Positions 13,450 to 31,590 of a stretch of 64,000 bases of DNA are shown here, piece by piece (position 1 is the stretch's first letter; every line of letters begins with the position of its first letter). The position numbers were made by a program, and so were the translations under genes. The notes below the pieces were generated by a model, which was not told the origin of the DNA, did not search any database, and saw only the letters and a list, made by a program, of their open reading frames with translations. This DNA is from the human T2T-CHM13v2.0 reference genome, Homo sapiens. The stretch lies in assembly GCF_009914755.1 (NCBI RefSeq), contig NC_060935.1; one strand, written 5' to 3'.

Positions 13450-13907
13450 TGTGAGAAACACACTCACCCGTCCAAACCCAAAGAATGGACTTAGAGGCAC
13501 AAAGAACAGCAAAAGTGAGAGTTTTTAATAACAGTCTTGCAAGATCAGGTGTCTGGTGAGCAGGCACATCCAGGGCAGTCACAACAGGTAATTTATCCCT
13601 CACCACACAAGTCCCTCTCCCAGTTCCTCACTGGTTGAGAACTATGGGGTTAAAATCTTCCCAAATGTTGCCTAAGTTTCATTATTCCCCTTGTAAGGTT
13701 ATAAACCGTCCCTTTCCTCTCTTAAGTTTCAATTTCCCAATAATGAAACTTTCTTCTCTTTAATGAGCTGACCCCACCTCTACATTTTGTTTGCTTATTG
13801 TGACCTTCTAGGTACATGAGCTGAGCAGTTTGTTACATTTGCAGGCTGGCTGTCAGTACTTGATTTATCATGTCTTGAAAATGGACCATTTAAAAGGTTT
13901 TTTCACA
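13450..13907 (-). repeat. Complete 5' LTR (~458 bp)
   Basis: TG...CA termini; ATTAAA polyA signal at 13524-13529 (minus); adjoins PBS and TSD. Confidence 0.85.
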
Positions 13908-15150
13908 CTTCTTTTCTTATATTCTGAAATATTTGTTTCCTATGTTTAGTAGAATTTGTCAGTAAAACTATTAGATCATGAAATTATTTCTGTGTGGAAA
14001 TTTTGACTACTGATTCTATTTTTTCTATGGTTTTTGGACTATTAAGGCTGTCTCTTCTTGGGTCCATTTTGTTACATTACTTTTGTCCAGAAATTTGGCC
14101 ATTTTATTTATTTAAGCTACTATATTTATTAGCACAAAGTTACTTGTAATATTCTTTTGCAATCTTCTGAATCTCAGTGTCTATATTCATATCTTTTATT
14201 CTTGAAACTGGCCCAATTATCCCATAGAACTTATGTTAATCATTTGTCTTGAATAAACATAGAAATTGACCCTTCCAGTCTCGAAACTTGAGAAAGTTAC
14301 ATTTGTCTTATCTGAGTTCCTTTCTCAGGAAGCCAATCATCAGGCCTCCCAGACAGCATCAAGGAACTAAAACATACCAGATCACTGTATCTGGACAATG
14401 AGATGCCAGACCCCCAGTTGTTATGATTGCCTAACTAACCACCTGCTTCCTGTTGACCAACCCCTCTTCTTTACCTCTCCCCAGTTCCTGTTTTTCCATA
14501 CACGGTTGTGTTTCTTTCCTGCTATATAAACCCCTAATTTTAATGGGCCAGGGAAATAGATCTGAAACTGATCTCCTATCTCCTTGGCTGCAGCCCAGTT
14601 AAATGAGATTAAAGCCTTCTTGCCTGGCAATATTGGTTGTCTCAGTGATTGGCTTTCTGTGTGACAAGCAGCAGGACCTAGACTGAACCCCTGGAGTTTT
14701 GGTAACATTTTTAATATTATTATTTTTTATCTTAATCAGTTTTGACAATTATATCGATTTTATTAATATTTTCAAAGAACCTAAATTTGACTTTGATGAC
14801 TCTGGTTTATATGAATCATCTATTTCTGATGTAAGAGCATTGGTTTCTGCTCTTACAATTTACTATTTCTTTCCTTCTAATTCTTTGACTTCATTCTGTC
14901 ACCATTGGCAGAACAGATGCTTATCTCATTAATTTTTAGCCTCTTTTCCATTTTAATATAAGCATTTAAGGCTATAAATTTCCTTCAAGTATGCTTTAGC
15001 TGATTCTAACACCTTTTGCTTTGATTCTAAATGTTTCCTTTTTAAAATTTTCATTATGCTTTCTTCTTCGTCTCACAAGTTAGTTAAAACATCTTTGTAA
15101 ATTTCTAATATATGGTCTTATAAAATTATTTTAGCTATTTATTTTTAACT
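13908..15150 (-). mobile_element. Old L1 ORF2 fragment (continuation), interrupted by solo LTR
   Basis: Antisense L1 motifs such as AGCATTTAAGGCTATAAATTTCC and TTTTCAAAGAACC. Confidence 0.7.
14203..14707 (+). mobile_element. ERV1 MER4-group solo LTR (LTR54-like)
   Basis: TGAAACTGGCCCAATT...TTTTGGTAACA; TATA (CTATATAAA) and ATTAAA present; 4-bp flanks TTCT/TTTT. Confidence 0.75.
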
Positions 15151-15214
15151 TAATCTATCAGTTAAATGTGCTTGCATTATTAGACTATATCAAGGACCCT
15201 ATATCAAGGACCCA

Positions 15215-15680
15215 ACTACTTTTCATCACCTCCATTCCTACCATCCTGGTCCAAGAAATTATTTCTTCTCAGCTAGAGACTGCAAAAGCCTTCCAATTGC
15301 TTATTCCTGTTTCTACCTCAGCCCATTTTACTCTATTGTCATAATGATCCTATTTATCCTTAAGTCAGAGCATATCACTCCTTTGCTCCAGACCCTCCCA
15401 CGGCTTTCTATCTCAGACTAAAAGCCAAAGGCCTTATAATGACATGGAAGGCCCTGCATGATCAGTACCTCCTATTTTCTCTCTGACCTTCTCCCCTGCT
15501 GCCGTCTCCCTCACTCACACTGCTTCTGTCATATTTTACCTCAATGTCCCTTAAACACATCATCTCAGTTGTTTACATTTCCTGGCATGCTATTTTCCTA
15601 GAGATCTGCTTGTTCTTCAGGTCTTTACTCAAATATCACCTCAATGAAGCCTTACCTAGTCAATCTAAAATTTCCAAAGC
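15215..15680 (+). mobile_element. L2 3' region
   Basis: CCATCCTGGTCCAAG...CATATCACTCCTTTGCTCCAGACCCTCC..., typical L2 motifs. Confidence 0.75.
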
Positions 15681-18600
15681 TAGTAATTTTCTAAATTTTA
15701 AAAATTTTGGAAATTTACTAGTAATATTCCAAAATTTTTAAAAGCTAGGACAACATACATTATTATATTAACTTACATTCCCTGAAAAGTTTTTGAATCT
15801 TGCAATTATGTTGTAGAAAGTGTTGTAAATAAATTATAAACAAAATCTGAAAACTGTGAAGATTACTGAAAAAGCATCTAATCATGAGGCACAAATTTGT
15901 GAGATGAGTGCATAAATACCATTAATTGCATTTAATTAGGAGAAAAGCAGTATAAATAAGTGTTTAAAAATCAGATGAGCAGAATGATTTCAGTTTAAAT
16001 GTTTTTTCCTTTATATTTTTACTAGAATATCTTGCTTGGTAAACATGTTAACAACAGCGACAAACAATAAGGGTGACTTAACACAATTCTAAATAAGAAA
16101 AATTTGAACTACAGAAGCTTCATTTTATTCCTAAACCTCACTGAGAAACTTTCACCAGTACAGAAATAATATTGCAGAGGGTAGATGATCAAGTGTTTAT
16201 TTAGATAAGTGTCTGCTATCTATGAATGGAGCAACATGGGGCTGTTTTTTCTTATTATGGTTACTGAGAATAAATTATCAAAGGTTATGACAACTTCATT
16301 GTATATTTTTATTTGAAATTGGCCTGTTGTATAAAGGGAAGTAGTGGGATGGAGTCACATAACTTCAATAAGTATGTTTGGGATTTGTCTGTAACTATTC
16401 TATAGCGGAGATATTGAACAATTTAGTTGATGGAGAAAATCAACTTTTATACTAGTTTCAGTCATAAAAGATCATGAAGCAAGGGTTGGGTAGGTGAGAG
16501 AGATGGTGAGGGAATCTCATTAGAAAATTACTGTTGCATTGAAGTCTTGGTGTAAAATAGCTAATATATCTCTTTCTTTCTGAACCATGGCAGGGAAAGG
16601 CAAAAGAAACAAGATTCTCCTTCATGCTTTGTCTGTGATACATGTCGATTCATAGATTCAGGGTGTGTAACTGTTCTTTTCAATATCCCAAGTATGCTAT
16701 ATTTCTGATGAACATATCTGAAGTGTGCTGTCTTAGCTCCTAGCTATTTCTACATTTTCTCACTTCCAACTTGTCCCATGGCAAATGGTAGCATCTGCAG
16801 ACATTGGCTTTGGCACTACTGAAGCACTGCTGTCTTTGGATGGCTTCTTTTACTTTCCAGTTAGACGAAGGAAGCCCAAGAGTCTTCTCTTTTTAATGTG
16901 AGACATCACAGAAACCCAATTAAATGAGATTAAAACGTTAACTTGGGTTTCAAAACTTTACAAATGTTAACTACTACTGTCGGTTCTTCCTTTAAGCTGC
17001 TTTAATTCTCGTTCTGGTGTTTCAGGCACTTTCATTCTGTCCTTCATAGACATAGAGAAATAAGGCGTTGGGATAATGAAGGACAACAAAAAGTACAGAT
17101 ATGTAATTAAACTGACTGGAGTGCTGGTTCTTCTCCCTCCATTTTCTCAGTTGGAATTCTTATGTTCCCATTCATGTCTTTATTGGTTTTCTCTGTGTTC
17201 ACACTGCTCTATGTCACAGCTCCACAGTCGGGAGACCCTAGATGAGCTGTGGTGCTCCCTTAAATTGATCATTCTTCTTTTTTTTTTTATCTCTCTCTCA
17301 TAAGAGAGAGAGCATGTGTTCGTTTTGGGAGTCCAGCTCTTAACCAGCAATCTAAGTTTCATAGCTATATTAGTCCTCTTTTATCTATTTGCTATTAACA
17401 ATATAATATATTCTTCAATGTTCTCTCCTGAGCCTTCCCACGTCTCCTTTTCCCCCCTCTTTATTCTGGTAGCTACTTATTATCATCTCTCAATAGAGTA
17501 ATAAACTTTTAGCTTTGTTCTGTCTGGCATGGCCCGTCCAAATGGATATATTTTAATTTAGATACTTTAAAATAACTATCCAACAGCTCATTCCAAAATC
17601 GTACATCTTTTTAATCTTACTTTTTACCACAATTCCTTCCTTGAATATGAAAATCCATTGCTCCTTACCTTTAAGTGTTTAGAAGCACAATTTTTCAATT
17701 CACAACTTTTCCCCCATAGAGTGAGAAAATAACTTGAGTTCCTCTAATTTTTTCCAGTGAACTTAGTCACAAAAGAAACCAAAAGAATTTATTAATGTTG
17801 GTTTTCAATAAGGCTTTACCATATTTAAAAAATACTGATATCCCTAGATATATTAAATGCTGTTTGTTCATAAAAATATTATCAATTGCCTTTTAGTATG
17901 AATAATATTTAAAAGTGAGGACAGCATGAAATCAGTTCTCAAAGCAGCTGTCACCACTGAGAGGTACATAGTTTTTAGTATTAATGCAGTCTGAGACATT
18001 ACCAAGATAATTCCATATTTCTATATTGTTCATACTTCCTTAGTCATCATTCTATTTTGAAAGTTTCTTGTCAAGGAACTAACAGGAGAATTGGAGTCTC
18101 ACTCAGGGTGTTGTTTGTTAGATGGTTTTCCTAGATTTAGTATTTTTACTTAATTTTCAGGCCCATTTGGACAATCAGCCCAGCTGATCTTTCTTCACAG
18201 TGACTATATGACTAAATAAACTGGCTCAATGCATAGCCTTGATTTCTGGAACACCAAACTTTTTCTGTGAGTTTCTTCTCTCTCCCTTCCTTCTCCTTTA
18301 TTCATCAACTCTGTCTCCTTCCTTTTCTTGTTTCTTCCTTGTTGACTCATAGCTTATACTTCTTAATCTGTAAGCTTCATGAACTTAGGAACCATGTCTA
18401 TCTCCTTCCTTGCTCTGTCTGCATTGCCTAAATATGTAAGACATAATGGTTAGATAAATAGTAAAGTTGGAAACTTAAATCCGGTATAAAATTATTATTT
18501 ATGCTTATAGTACCCAAAGTATTCTGAATGCCACAATATGAGTGTCACATTTCCTAATCACAGTTTATTTATATGGAAAGCTTTCCAACCAAAATATGAA

Positions 18601-18982
18601 TTGCATTTAACTGTTCACTGAAATAGAGTTTGTTCTGCTAAAAAAAAATCAATTGCTTGAAAATAGGACTGGAAGAAAATATGGTTCCTTCAAATAAGGT
18701 GGATTCAGACTTTAAGTGAAATACACTGTATTTAATTTTAAATTTGAGTTTCCCTGCTTGGTAAGTATTCTCTTCTCTTCCTCAGACATTTCAATAAGTA
18801 GGAGGACCCTTAGACTGAGTCATTTTGAAATACATAGTCAACTTGTCTATCTTTAGCTACTGTAGTGCCTTAGTTCTTTCCTTTTGGTTTACAAGTAAGG
18901 GACAGATTTTTGTTGGGGTGCAGTAATTTATCTACTCCACACAAAAGCTACTGTTCTGTTTGAATAGCCTAGAGAACTTTGA

Positions 18983-19352
<370 letters not shown>

Positions 19353-19466
19353 AAAAATGTCATTTTTAAAGTAAATATTAAAAGGAACTTTGTTCACTTA
19401 GGTTTTCTAATATAATTACCATTAATCACTTAAATCAATTAATTAACTGAATTACTTGTACTTTTA

Positions 19467-19860
<394 letters not shown>

Positions 19861-20779
19861 TATGCACAATCTATGAAATTTGTAATAATTATAATTGTTT
19901 CTCTTTCCCTACATAAAAAAAGTATCTTCTTGTGAGGCAGCTCTGTTCACCACCCATCCATTAGGTGGGTGGGAAGCTTGATATTCCAACTAGAAGTGTC
20001 CCAGTTTCTGCCTATTTAAAACAGCCTCTTTTTTTGTTCGTTTTTTAGCTCTGTCCTTTTGAGTACCTATTCAATCAAATTGAAGGTTCAAACTTCTTAA
20101 CAGGACTGTTGTTTCCTTTCAGAGATACACTTTTCCCCCTGAAGATGGTTTCTGAGTTCATATGAAAACTCAATAAATCATATACCATTGGGAAAGAGGT
20201 CCACAGTGTCCATATGGAGGTACTTGTGATGTCCTGGATTCTCAGAGGCCTCTAAGGATATTCCTCTTGCCCTATTTGGCTACTAGGCAACCTGCTGGCA
20301 CCTGCTTACCACCAGCAGTGGTGTACGTTATCCTGCCTGATCTCTGGTTTTAGCCTCATCCTCCTTAAACCTCTGTAGAGAAATCGGTGCAATTCAGTCT
20401 TTTCTTGGCTCATGCTTGGCCTCCTTGTCTCTCCATGCCACCCCTTCATGCTTGGCCCCATGTGGGCCCTCAAACCCTGAGTTTCAAACATATTAATTCA
20501 TCCAGCCACTGGCTTAGACTGCCCACCACAATGCTTTTGCTATTTTGAATAACTCTTTTTTTCTTTTAACAAAACTTATGTTTTCCAGACTGTTGCTTCA
20601 CTAAAGTCTAAGTTTAAGAACATCTTTAGGGGCCAAAACAATGACTTCTTGGCTTCAGACTCCATCTGTTCATGATCAAAAGTGCTGCAACTCATTGATT
20701 CAATCAGTGAGAAAGCACAGGGGATCATGATTTTTAAGAGGAAAGAATAAAAACTTGGTTGAGACCAGAAAATATGACA

Positions 20780-21375
20780 AATTAGACAAGTTGATTGACT
20801 CTCTGCTGCAAACAACTAAAAAGTCAGGATAAATTATTTCTAAAAAATCTTTTAGACTGTGCCATTGACCTAGAAATAAAATATTACATACTAGAGATCC
20901 AGAGAGATAAGCAGAATGCTCAACCTAGCTTTTATCTGGATGGAATTTGGTCTTGCAGAGGAAGGGCTCAGGACACATATTCCAAAGGTCAGCCAAGAAA
21001 GGAAATCTAACAGGAGACCATCTCCCTTCATAAAACAAGAATCACAACAGGCTAAATTTCACTGAAAACGTAAACCATAAATAATACTTTTCCAGGATGT
21101 TACAAGTAAAACAGACTATCTCAAACATTTTCACTGTGTGAAGAAAAATAATCATTGAGGATTCATATCACAGGTTGATCCTTGGAGTTTAAATAATATT
21201 AGACAAAGATGAAGAGAAAATTAATAATATGGAAGAAAAATGTCTGAAAATAAGATGCAAAAATGCATCATAAAGATACAAAGAGATGAAAAATATTAAA
21301 GAAGAGTTAAGAGACATGGAAGTCAAAATAAGGTCTTGTGTGCACCTAATCAGATTTCTATAAGGAACAGAGTGA
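20780..21375 (+). mobile_element. Very old L1 5'/ORF1 fragment (continues at ~25110)
   Basis: A-rich ORF1-like sequence broken by the L1MA insertion and resuming with AAAATATTTGAAGAG...TTTTCCAGA. Confidence 0.55.
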
Positions 21376-25105
<3,730 letters not shown>

Positions 25106-25109
25106 TTTA

Positions 25110-26497
25110 AAGAAAAAATAAGGGAGTGGGAGAATATAAGAGAGAAAATATTTGAAGAGTTGATAGGTGATAATTTTCCAGAAATTCTGCAAGATGCCAA
25201 TCCACAGATTCAAGAACCCCAAAGAATCTTAGAATCTGAAGGATGATAAATAAAAAGAAATCTTCTCCCAGATATATTGTGCTGAAACTGTAGAATACCA
25301 GAGAGAAGATATTAAAACCAACCAGAGAAAAAAGATAGATACCTACATGGGAATACATTTAGAATGACAGCTGACCTCTCCATAACAACAATGGAAAGTA
25401 GAAGTCAGTGATGATGTATTTGCTTTGCTATGTGAAAATACCTTACATGAATAAGGGCAAAATAAAGACATTTTCAGATAAGTAAAAATGAGAAGAGCTT
25501 GCTATCAATAACTAAAAGAAGGTTGTATTCAGCTAAAAGAAAGTAGCCCAGGTGGAAGGACTGGAACATACGAAGAAATTATAACCAGAAAGATGAAAAA
25601 TTGGGGATAACTCTAAATATATATTGACTACACACAATGTGATCTAATAGAAAATTATTAAAAGATAAAATTACACTATATTACTATAATAGCATATAAG
25701 TCACAAATCATATGATTGGATTATTTGACAGAAGAAAGTAACAAATTAATATACTTGTTATCTTTAAACTTTGATCATTTTAGGTATGCAAGCTAAAATG
25801 TTCAGAAATAAACAGAATAAAAATGTTATAATTTCCAAACTAGTTGATGGGGAAAATGTAATGAGAAAAAAAACATTTGGTCTGAAAGAACACAAGAAAG
25901 GGGTGAGGGGAGAAAACAGAAAAGCCAGGACAAACAGAAAGCACATAATAATCCAAATACAATTCACACCTGTAATTGCAACACATAGAAAAGACCAAAT
26001 ACTTTAGACTACAGACAAAAATTGCCAGATAAAATTTTTAAATGAACCATATGCTTGCTGATTACTGGGAGCCCCTCTAAAACAGAAGAACATATAAACA
26101 CAGAAAGGAAAGGGTGGAAAGAAGATATACTAGGAAAATAATAACCAAAAGAAAGTTGGAATGTTTCTATTAGTATTGGATAAATGAGACTAGTGACTAG
26201 AGCTAGTGACAGTTTCTACATAATAATAGAAGTTTCAATCCACCAGGGAGATATAATATTTTGAACACGTGTGTGCCTAAGAATTAAATCTCAAAATATA
26301 TGAAGCAATATTTGACAGATTACAAGAAAAAATAGATAAGTTCATCTCCATAATGGGAGACTTAAACACATCTAATTAATTGATAGAACAACAGAATTAG
26401 CAAGTTTGATATCTTGCACCTAACAGCTGCAATTCAAAAGCTATATGGAAGTTGTCAGGAATTTGACCACACAACTGGGCCTTAAAGTAAGTCTCAA
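25110..26497 (+). mobile_element. Old L1 ORF1 / ORF2 endonuclease fragment
   Basis: CCACAGATTCAAGAACCCC, ACAGCTGACCTCTCCATAACAACAATGGAAAG, ATGGGAGACTTAAACAC motifs. Confidence 0.7.
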
Positions 26498-26526
26498 TGA
26501 CCATCTCTTAAGCTAAGCAACACAAC

Positions 26527-26650
26527 CTCATTAAGTTGGCCACTGGGAAGGACAGGCCACATGTAGGTAAGCTTGTTCCATAGAGGATTTTCAACTCTAG
26601 AATGTTTCCACTGGCCTGGCTTACTGGTTCCTTCATGTTTTATGGCCCAC
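26527..26650 (-). CDS. DCDC1: 124-bp internal coding exon (phase 2-0), (R)WAIKHEGTSKPGQWKHSRVENPLWNKLTYMWPVLPSGQLNE
   Basis: Strong acceptor tttttatcttttgttttag|G, donor GAG|gttgtg; phase-0 end fits the phase-0 start of 5866-6047; Trp-rich non-repeat peptide. Confidence 0.8.
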
Positions 26651-26769
26651 CTAAAACAAAAGATAAAAAACAAAAAGAAATTTAGCAAGGTTAAATATCA
26701 CTTTAAAATATTCATTTTATTCATTGAGTACTTACTAAACACTAGGCAAAAACTCAGTTTGAATTAAAA

Positions 26770-28560
26770 ACCCAAATCTGAAAATTTGCTGTGTAAAGAG
26801 ACACAAATGAGAGTAACTTACTAAAAAATAATAAATTTTAAAATCAGGAAAGCATTAAGGCAAAATTGGCAATGTTATTGCTAGACAACTATATTTGAGG
26901 CAAAAGGTAAAGTAGAATAACAGTCCTTTTATAATAACAATGACATAAATAACAATATTAACATAAAAATTAAGCAAAACTTTAGACAGTAAAAGAGAAG
27001 TTAGCTGACATACAATTATTGTGGGATACATTATTAAAAGACCAACAGATTGCAAAGTACCAGATAAATTTTTTAAAGTAATAGAAACAAAATATCTGAA
27101 TGCTATAAGTAATAAATGCAAGTATTTATATACACTGTAACATGCTAATGGAGAACATATCTTTCTCAACAATTCATGGAATATTTGTAATATTTGCCAC
27201 ATATACACAAAGTAAACTTTAATATAGTTTTGAAATAAAAATGGAATAAGTCATATATTGTGACAAATGAGAAAATAAAATCAGATATAAATGCAATTTT
27301 AAAATTTCGACCACATATTATATTAATTATATAGTAATTATATTAATTACATTATATATAAGTATTATATTTATTATCATAAGCATTATATTAATTATAT
27401 ATTAATTATAAGTAAACACACATTTCTTCCCTAAAACTCTATCATACCAGATGGGGGGGAAAAATGTGATCAGTAGTTATTTAGTAAGCAATGAAATAAC
27501 GTACTTGAAACCTTACAGGATACATGTAGAATTATATCCAAAGATAAATTTATAATATTAAGTGCTAATTTATTAAAAGCTAAGTAGAGAAGGGAAATTA
27601 ATAAAGCATTCAACTCAAATTATTATTTTTTAAATATAAAATTGTCCTAAGGAAAAATATGTGAAGGGGAATTATAATAAAGGTTCAAATAGAAATCAAT
27701 AACTTGGAAAGTAGACCCTCAGCAGAATGGTCCAAAGAAGTGTTTTTCAGTTTGGCAGTTCTTCAGAAAGTCAAATATTAGAATGCCATGTGACCCAGCA
27801 ATCCCATACTTAGGTTTATAAACTCAAAAGATTTGAAAGTACGTATTCAAACAATACTTGTGCATGAAAGTTCACAGCAGCACTATTAATAGTAGGCAAA
27901 AAGTAGAAACAACCCCCAAAATATGTCTTTGAAATAAAAAATATAATAGCAAATCTCTTGCAAATAAATCTAGATGAATAAGAATGTAAGACAAACCAAA
28001 CAGAAAAATTGAGCTAAATAGTTAACATTAACAAAATGAAAAGTAAGAGTATATTATGCATGTATATATTAATAAATACAACAATTCTTTTTTTTTTTTT
28101 TTTTTTTTTTGAGACAGAGTCTCGCTCTGTCGCCCAGGCTGGAATGCAGTGGCTCGATCAATCTCGGCTCACTGCAAACTCCGCCTCCCGGGTTCACGCC
28201 ATTCTCCTGCCTCAGCCTCCGGAGTAGCTGTGACTACAGGCGCCTGCCACCACGCCCGGCTATTTTTTTGTATTTTTAGTAGAGACGGGGTTTCACCGTG
28301 TTATCCAGGATGGTCTCGATCTCCTGACCTCGTGATCTGCCGGCCTCGGCCTCCCAAAGTGCTGGGATTACAGGTGTGAGCCACCACGCCCAGCCTAAAT
28401 ACAACAATTCTAATGAATAAATTAATTTCTGGAAAAAACCTCACAGATTTGAAATAGAAAATACTAAAAACGAGCTCCTGATCATATATCTTTGCAGAAC
28501 ATGGGACAGATCTTTTCATGTGATATAAAATACTTTAAACCATAAAGATACAGAAAACTA
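26770..28560 (+). mobile_element. Very old L1 ORF2 fragments
   Basis: Endonuclease-region motifs (ATGGAGAACATATCTTTCTCAACAATTCATGGAATATTT) plus a CCATGTGACCCAGCAATCCCA piece at ~27780-27915. Confidence 0.55.
28089..28395 (-). mobile_element. AluY
   Basis: Diagnostic GGTTCACGCCATTCTCC and GGATGGTCTCGATCTCCTGACCTCGTG; TSD TAAATACAACAATTCT. Confidence 0.95.
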
Positions 28561-29299
28561 GTTAATTCATCCCATGAAGGGGAGATAAGCTTCATAATAA
28601 AGTTAGTCAGTGGTAATTTAACAAGTGATACAGCAATTGTATTTATAATTAAAGATGTAAAATTCCTAAATCAGTATTAGCCAATAAAATGTAACATTGT
28701 GGCAAGAGCATAATTATAATAGCTAAGAAATACTGGTCCTAGAAATGAAACGATGGACATTTACTAATGCAATACATCACTGATTAATGAATGAGAGTGC
28801 AGGAGCAGTGCATCACCCATAATTTTCCAGTGCACATGATGGTCATCTGAGCCTGCAAATTTTCTGAGATCCCTTAGCCCCATCAGATCCATCCATAGTA
28901 CTTGGCCTTGTATTTCTCTTCTTTGCTCTGTGAAATTACAAATTCATTATCTGAGCAATGCTTTTTATATGTCTTGTTTCGTGGAGTGTTGGCTACATAC
29001 AAGACAACAAATACCCAGCAACCCAAATTGAAGTCTAAAGAGAAATGGAAAGTTCATTAATTCAGACAACATATTTGAGTTATTGGAATATTAGCGAACA
29101 ACTTCAGAAGGCGGTAAGCTCCTACAACTGCAGGTGAAAGTAACAGGAACACATATATTTAAATCACACCAATTTTATTTTATTTTTTGGAATACGTGGT
29201 CTACCTCCAAGAACCCGCTTCTTTTGAAAACCTTTCTTGTAGTTTTCTCATTCACACGTCAATATCTTCTGGGCCTGAAGATATAAAAGCTTGCTTTGT

Positions 29300-31590
29300 T
29301 GTTTCTCATAGCCATATCTAGTTTATTGTTACTCCATCCACTTCCAAAGATCCCCAGTCGCTTTGAAGCACATATCAATAGACCATAACACCTACTTCAC
29401 TTCCTAGTTGCATTTATATCAGTTCTCCTATATCCTCTCTTCTCATTTATTGAAGAGTTTACTATCCTGGCTTACTTTTGTTCTCTCTACCTCTCTGCTC
29501 CTGTAATTATCCAACATCTTTTCATTATCTGAGTAGACAATCCACCCTGGCCTCTCAGGGCCTCCCAAGACTTTAACCCCTTTTCAAATATCAGCCTACC
29601 CTTCCCATGAACACAACCTCAAACTGGTCAATACAAATAACTACACCACTTTCAAAATCCTGTTTTCAACACCATCACCCTTTCACCACCACCTCCTTTT
29701 TCTCTAGTTCATGTATTTAAGTATCCATATTCCAATAATTCCTCAACTCTTCCAGATTATCCAAGCCACTGCATTGATTACCTATTTATACCCCGTAACC
29801 TCCCTGCCAGGTAGGCTCTTCCCTTTGTACTCAGTTAAGATTCATGGTCCAGCGTCATAGCCACTGTCTTGTGCTTGCCCTCAACCCATTGCCCCTTCTC
29901 CTTCTCTGTATTAACTTAAAAAATAAATAAATAAACCAACTCTGGTTAAGTCCAACTCAAAGCCTATACTTGAAGAGTTGATCAGTGGTTGGAGAAAAAC
30001 ACAAACAACCATGAATGAAATTGCTACAAATGATCAGATCACAATGTGGTTTGGGGAGCAGTACGGATATACTAGGGAGTGTTTAAGAATTTGAGGACTT
30101 TTTTGGTTGTCACAATGATTAGATGACACTACTGTCATCTAACTGGCAGGAGACCAAGAATACCAAATATCCTTCAAAATATGGGAAAGTTTGTCCTGCA
30201 TCTCACAGACTTTCAAATTTCCCTCTGAGCATTCATGTTGGGGAAAATTGGAGTCTAAAGCCAAAGTATATTTTACAAAATGATACCAGTTTTTTTTATT
30301 GAGATGGGGTGTAGCTATGTTGCCCATGCTGGTCTCAAAGTCTTGGCCTCAGGTAATTCTCCCACCTTGGCCTCCCAAAGTGCAAGGATTATAGGCATGA
30401 GCCACCATGCCCAGCCCAAAGTACTTTTTCATACACACTGAATTTTATAGAAATTCAGCTCCCTCCAATATCTCAAGTAGGGAAACTCTGATTTTTTTTA
30501 TGTTGTTCACTATTTTGGAAAAATCACATCATTGATAGCAATACCATTTATGGTATTTGAGTCACCAACACAACATAGTTGTATCCTTTGGTATTTATAG
30601 TTCACATATCCAGTTCGTTCTATGCATAGGAGCAAGTATCTGCAAACTTAATGTTGTCCAGAATAGCTGTGCTGAGAATCTATATTATAATATATATTAC
30701 TTTTACTTTAAAGTTATTTTTCTTTTATTTCCATAATTATTACTGGTCAACCATTTCTTTAAAATTACATTAGTGGGTAGGTTATCTTAACTATAAATTT
30801 TATTTTAGGATAATAAAGAAGTCATTAAAATATATTTTTTATAAAGAGAGAGCATGAGATCGGGTAGTGTTGACAACTACTCTTTTAAATTTATAACCAC
30901 AAACCTCAAGTGGACCCTTAGCACTGCTGGGCCATCTCACTGCATTCCTCCATCCCATTGACTCCAACCCCTGAGGGGCACATGACTTCTTTCTCATCAA
31001 ACCTCTCACTTCCCACTGCCCATTTCTCAATGTCTGCTGGAGCCCTTCTTATTTCACTGAGAAAATAGAAGTGGTCAGAAGACTTTCCTCATCCTCCCAC
31101 CAGCAAATCTACCCAGCTCCCTACCTCTGTACCCATACACTCTGCCTGCCCTCCTGCCCTCCACTATAGCGGAGCTGTCTATTCTCTGATTGAAGGCCAA
31201 TACTTGTGCTTGTGCCTCGGACCCTTATCCTCCCTCATCTAGGACTTTGCTCCTGCTTTCTGCTGTTAATTTTCCTTCCCTTCTGCATCATTCCATATGC
31301 ATAATGTCTGACAATCTGACATGGAAAAAAGAACCCTCTCTACACCCACATCCATGACTAGTTATTGCCTTATTTCTGTGTGTCCCTTTGCAGCAAAGAC
31401 CTTAAAAGGCTCATCTCCTTTTTCATTCTCTTCCCTTTCTCTCCTAAACCATTCCTATTAGATTTTCATCTCTGAAACTCCAATGAAACTGCCTCATCAG
31501 GGTTTTTACATTACCGAAGTCAAAGGTCTTTTCTTAAAACATACCTGAACTAACAGAAACATCTGACAAAGGGTATTTCCTCCTTCTGAC
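29300..31590 (+). mobile_element. L2 ORF2 fragments interrupted by a MER20B/Charlie-like element (~30035-30870) and a FLAM
   Basis: C/T-rich L2 motifs (TTATTTCACTGAGAAAATAGAAG); TTTTTGGTTGTCACAATGATT MER20-type motif. Confidence 0.6.
30290..30417 (-). mobile_element. Alu monomer (FLAM_C/AluJ left arm)
   Basis: Single ~125-bp arm ending GAGCCACCATGCCCAGCC. Confidence 0.85.

Noticed and set aside
15185-15214. 14-bp tandem duplication CTATATCAAGGACC
   Set aside because: Ordinary slippage at an L1/L2 boundary
16450-17100. Possible additional exon in unique sequence
   Set aside because: No frame with matching acceptor and donor; flanking exons already join in phase
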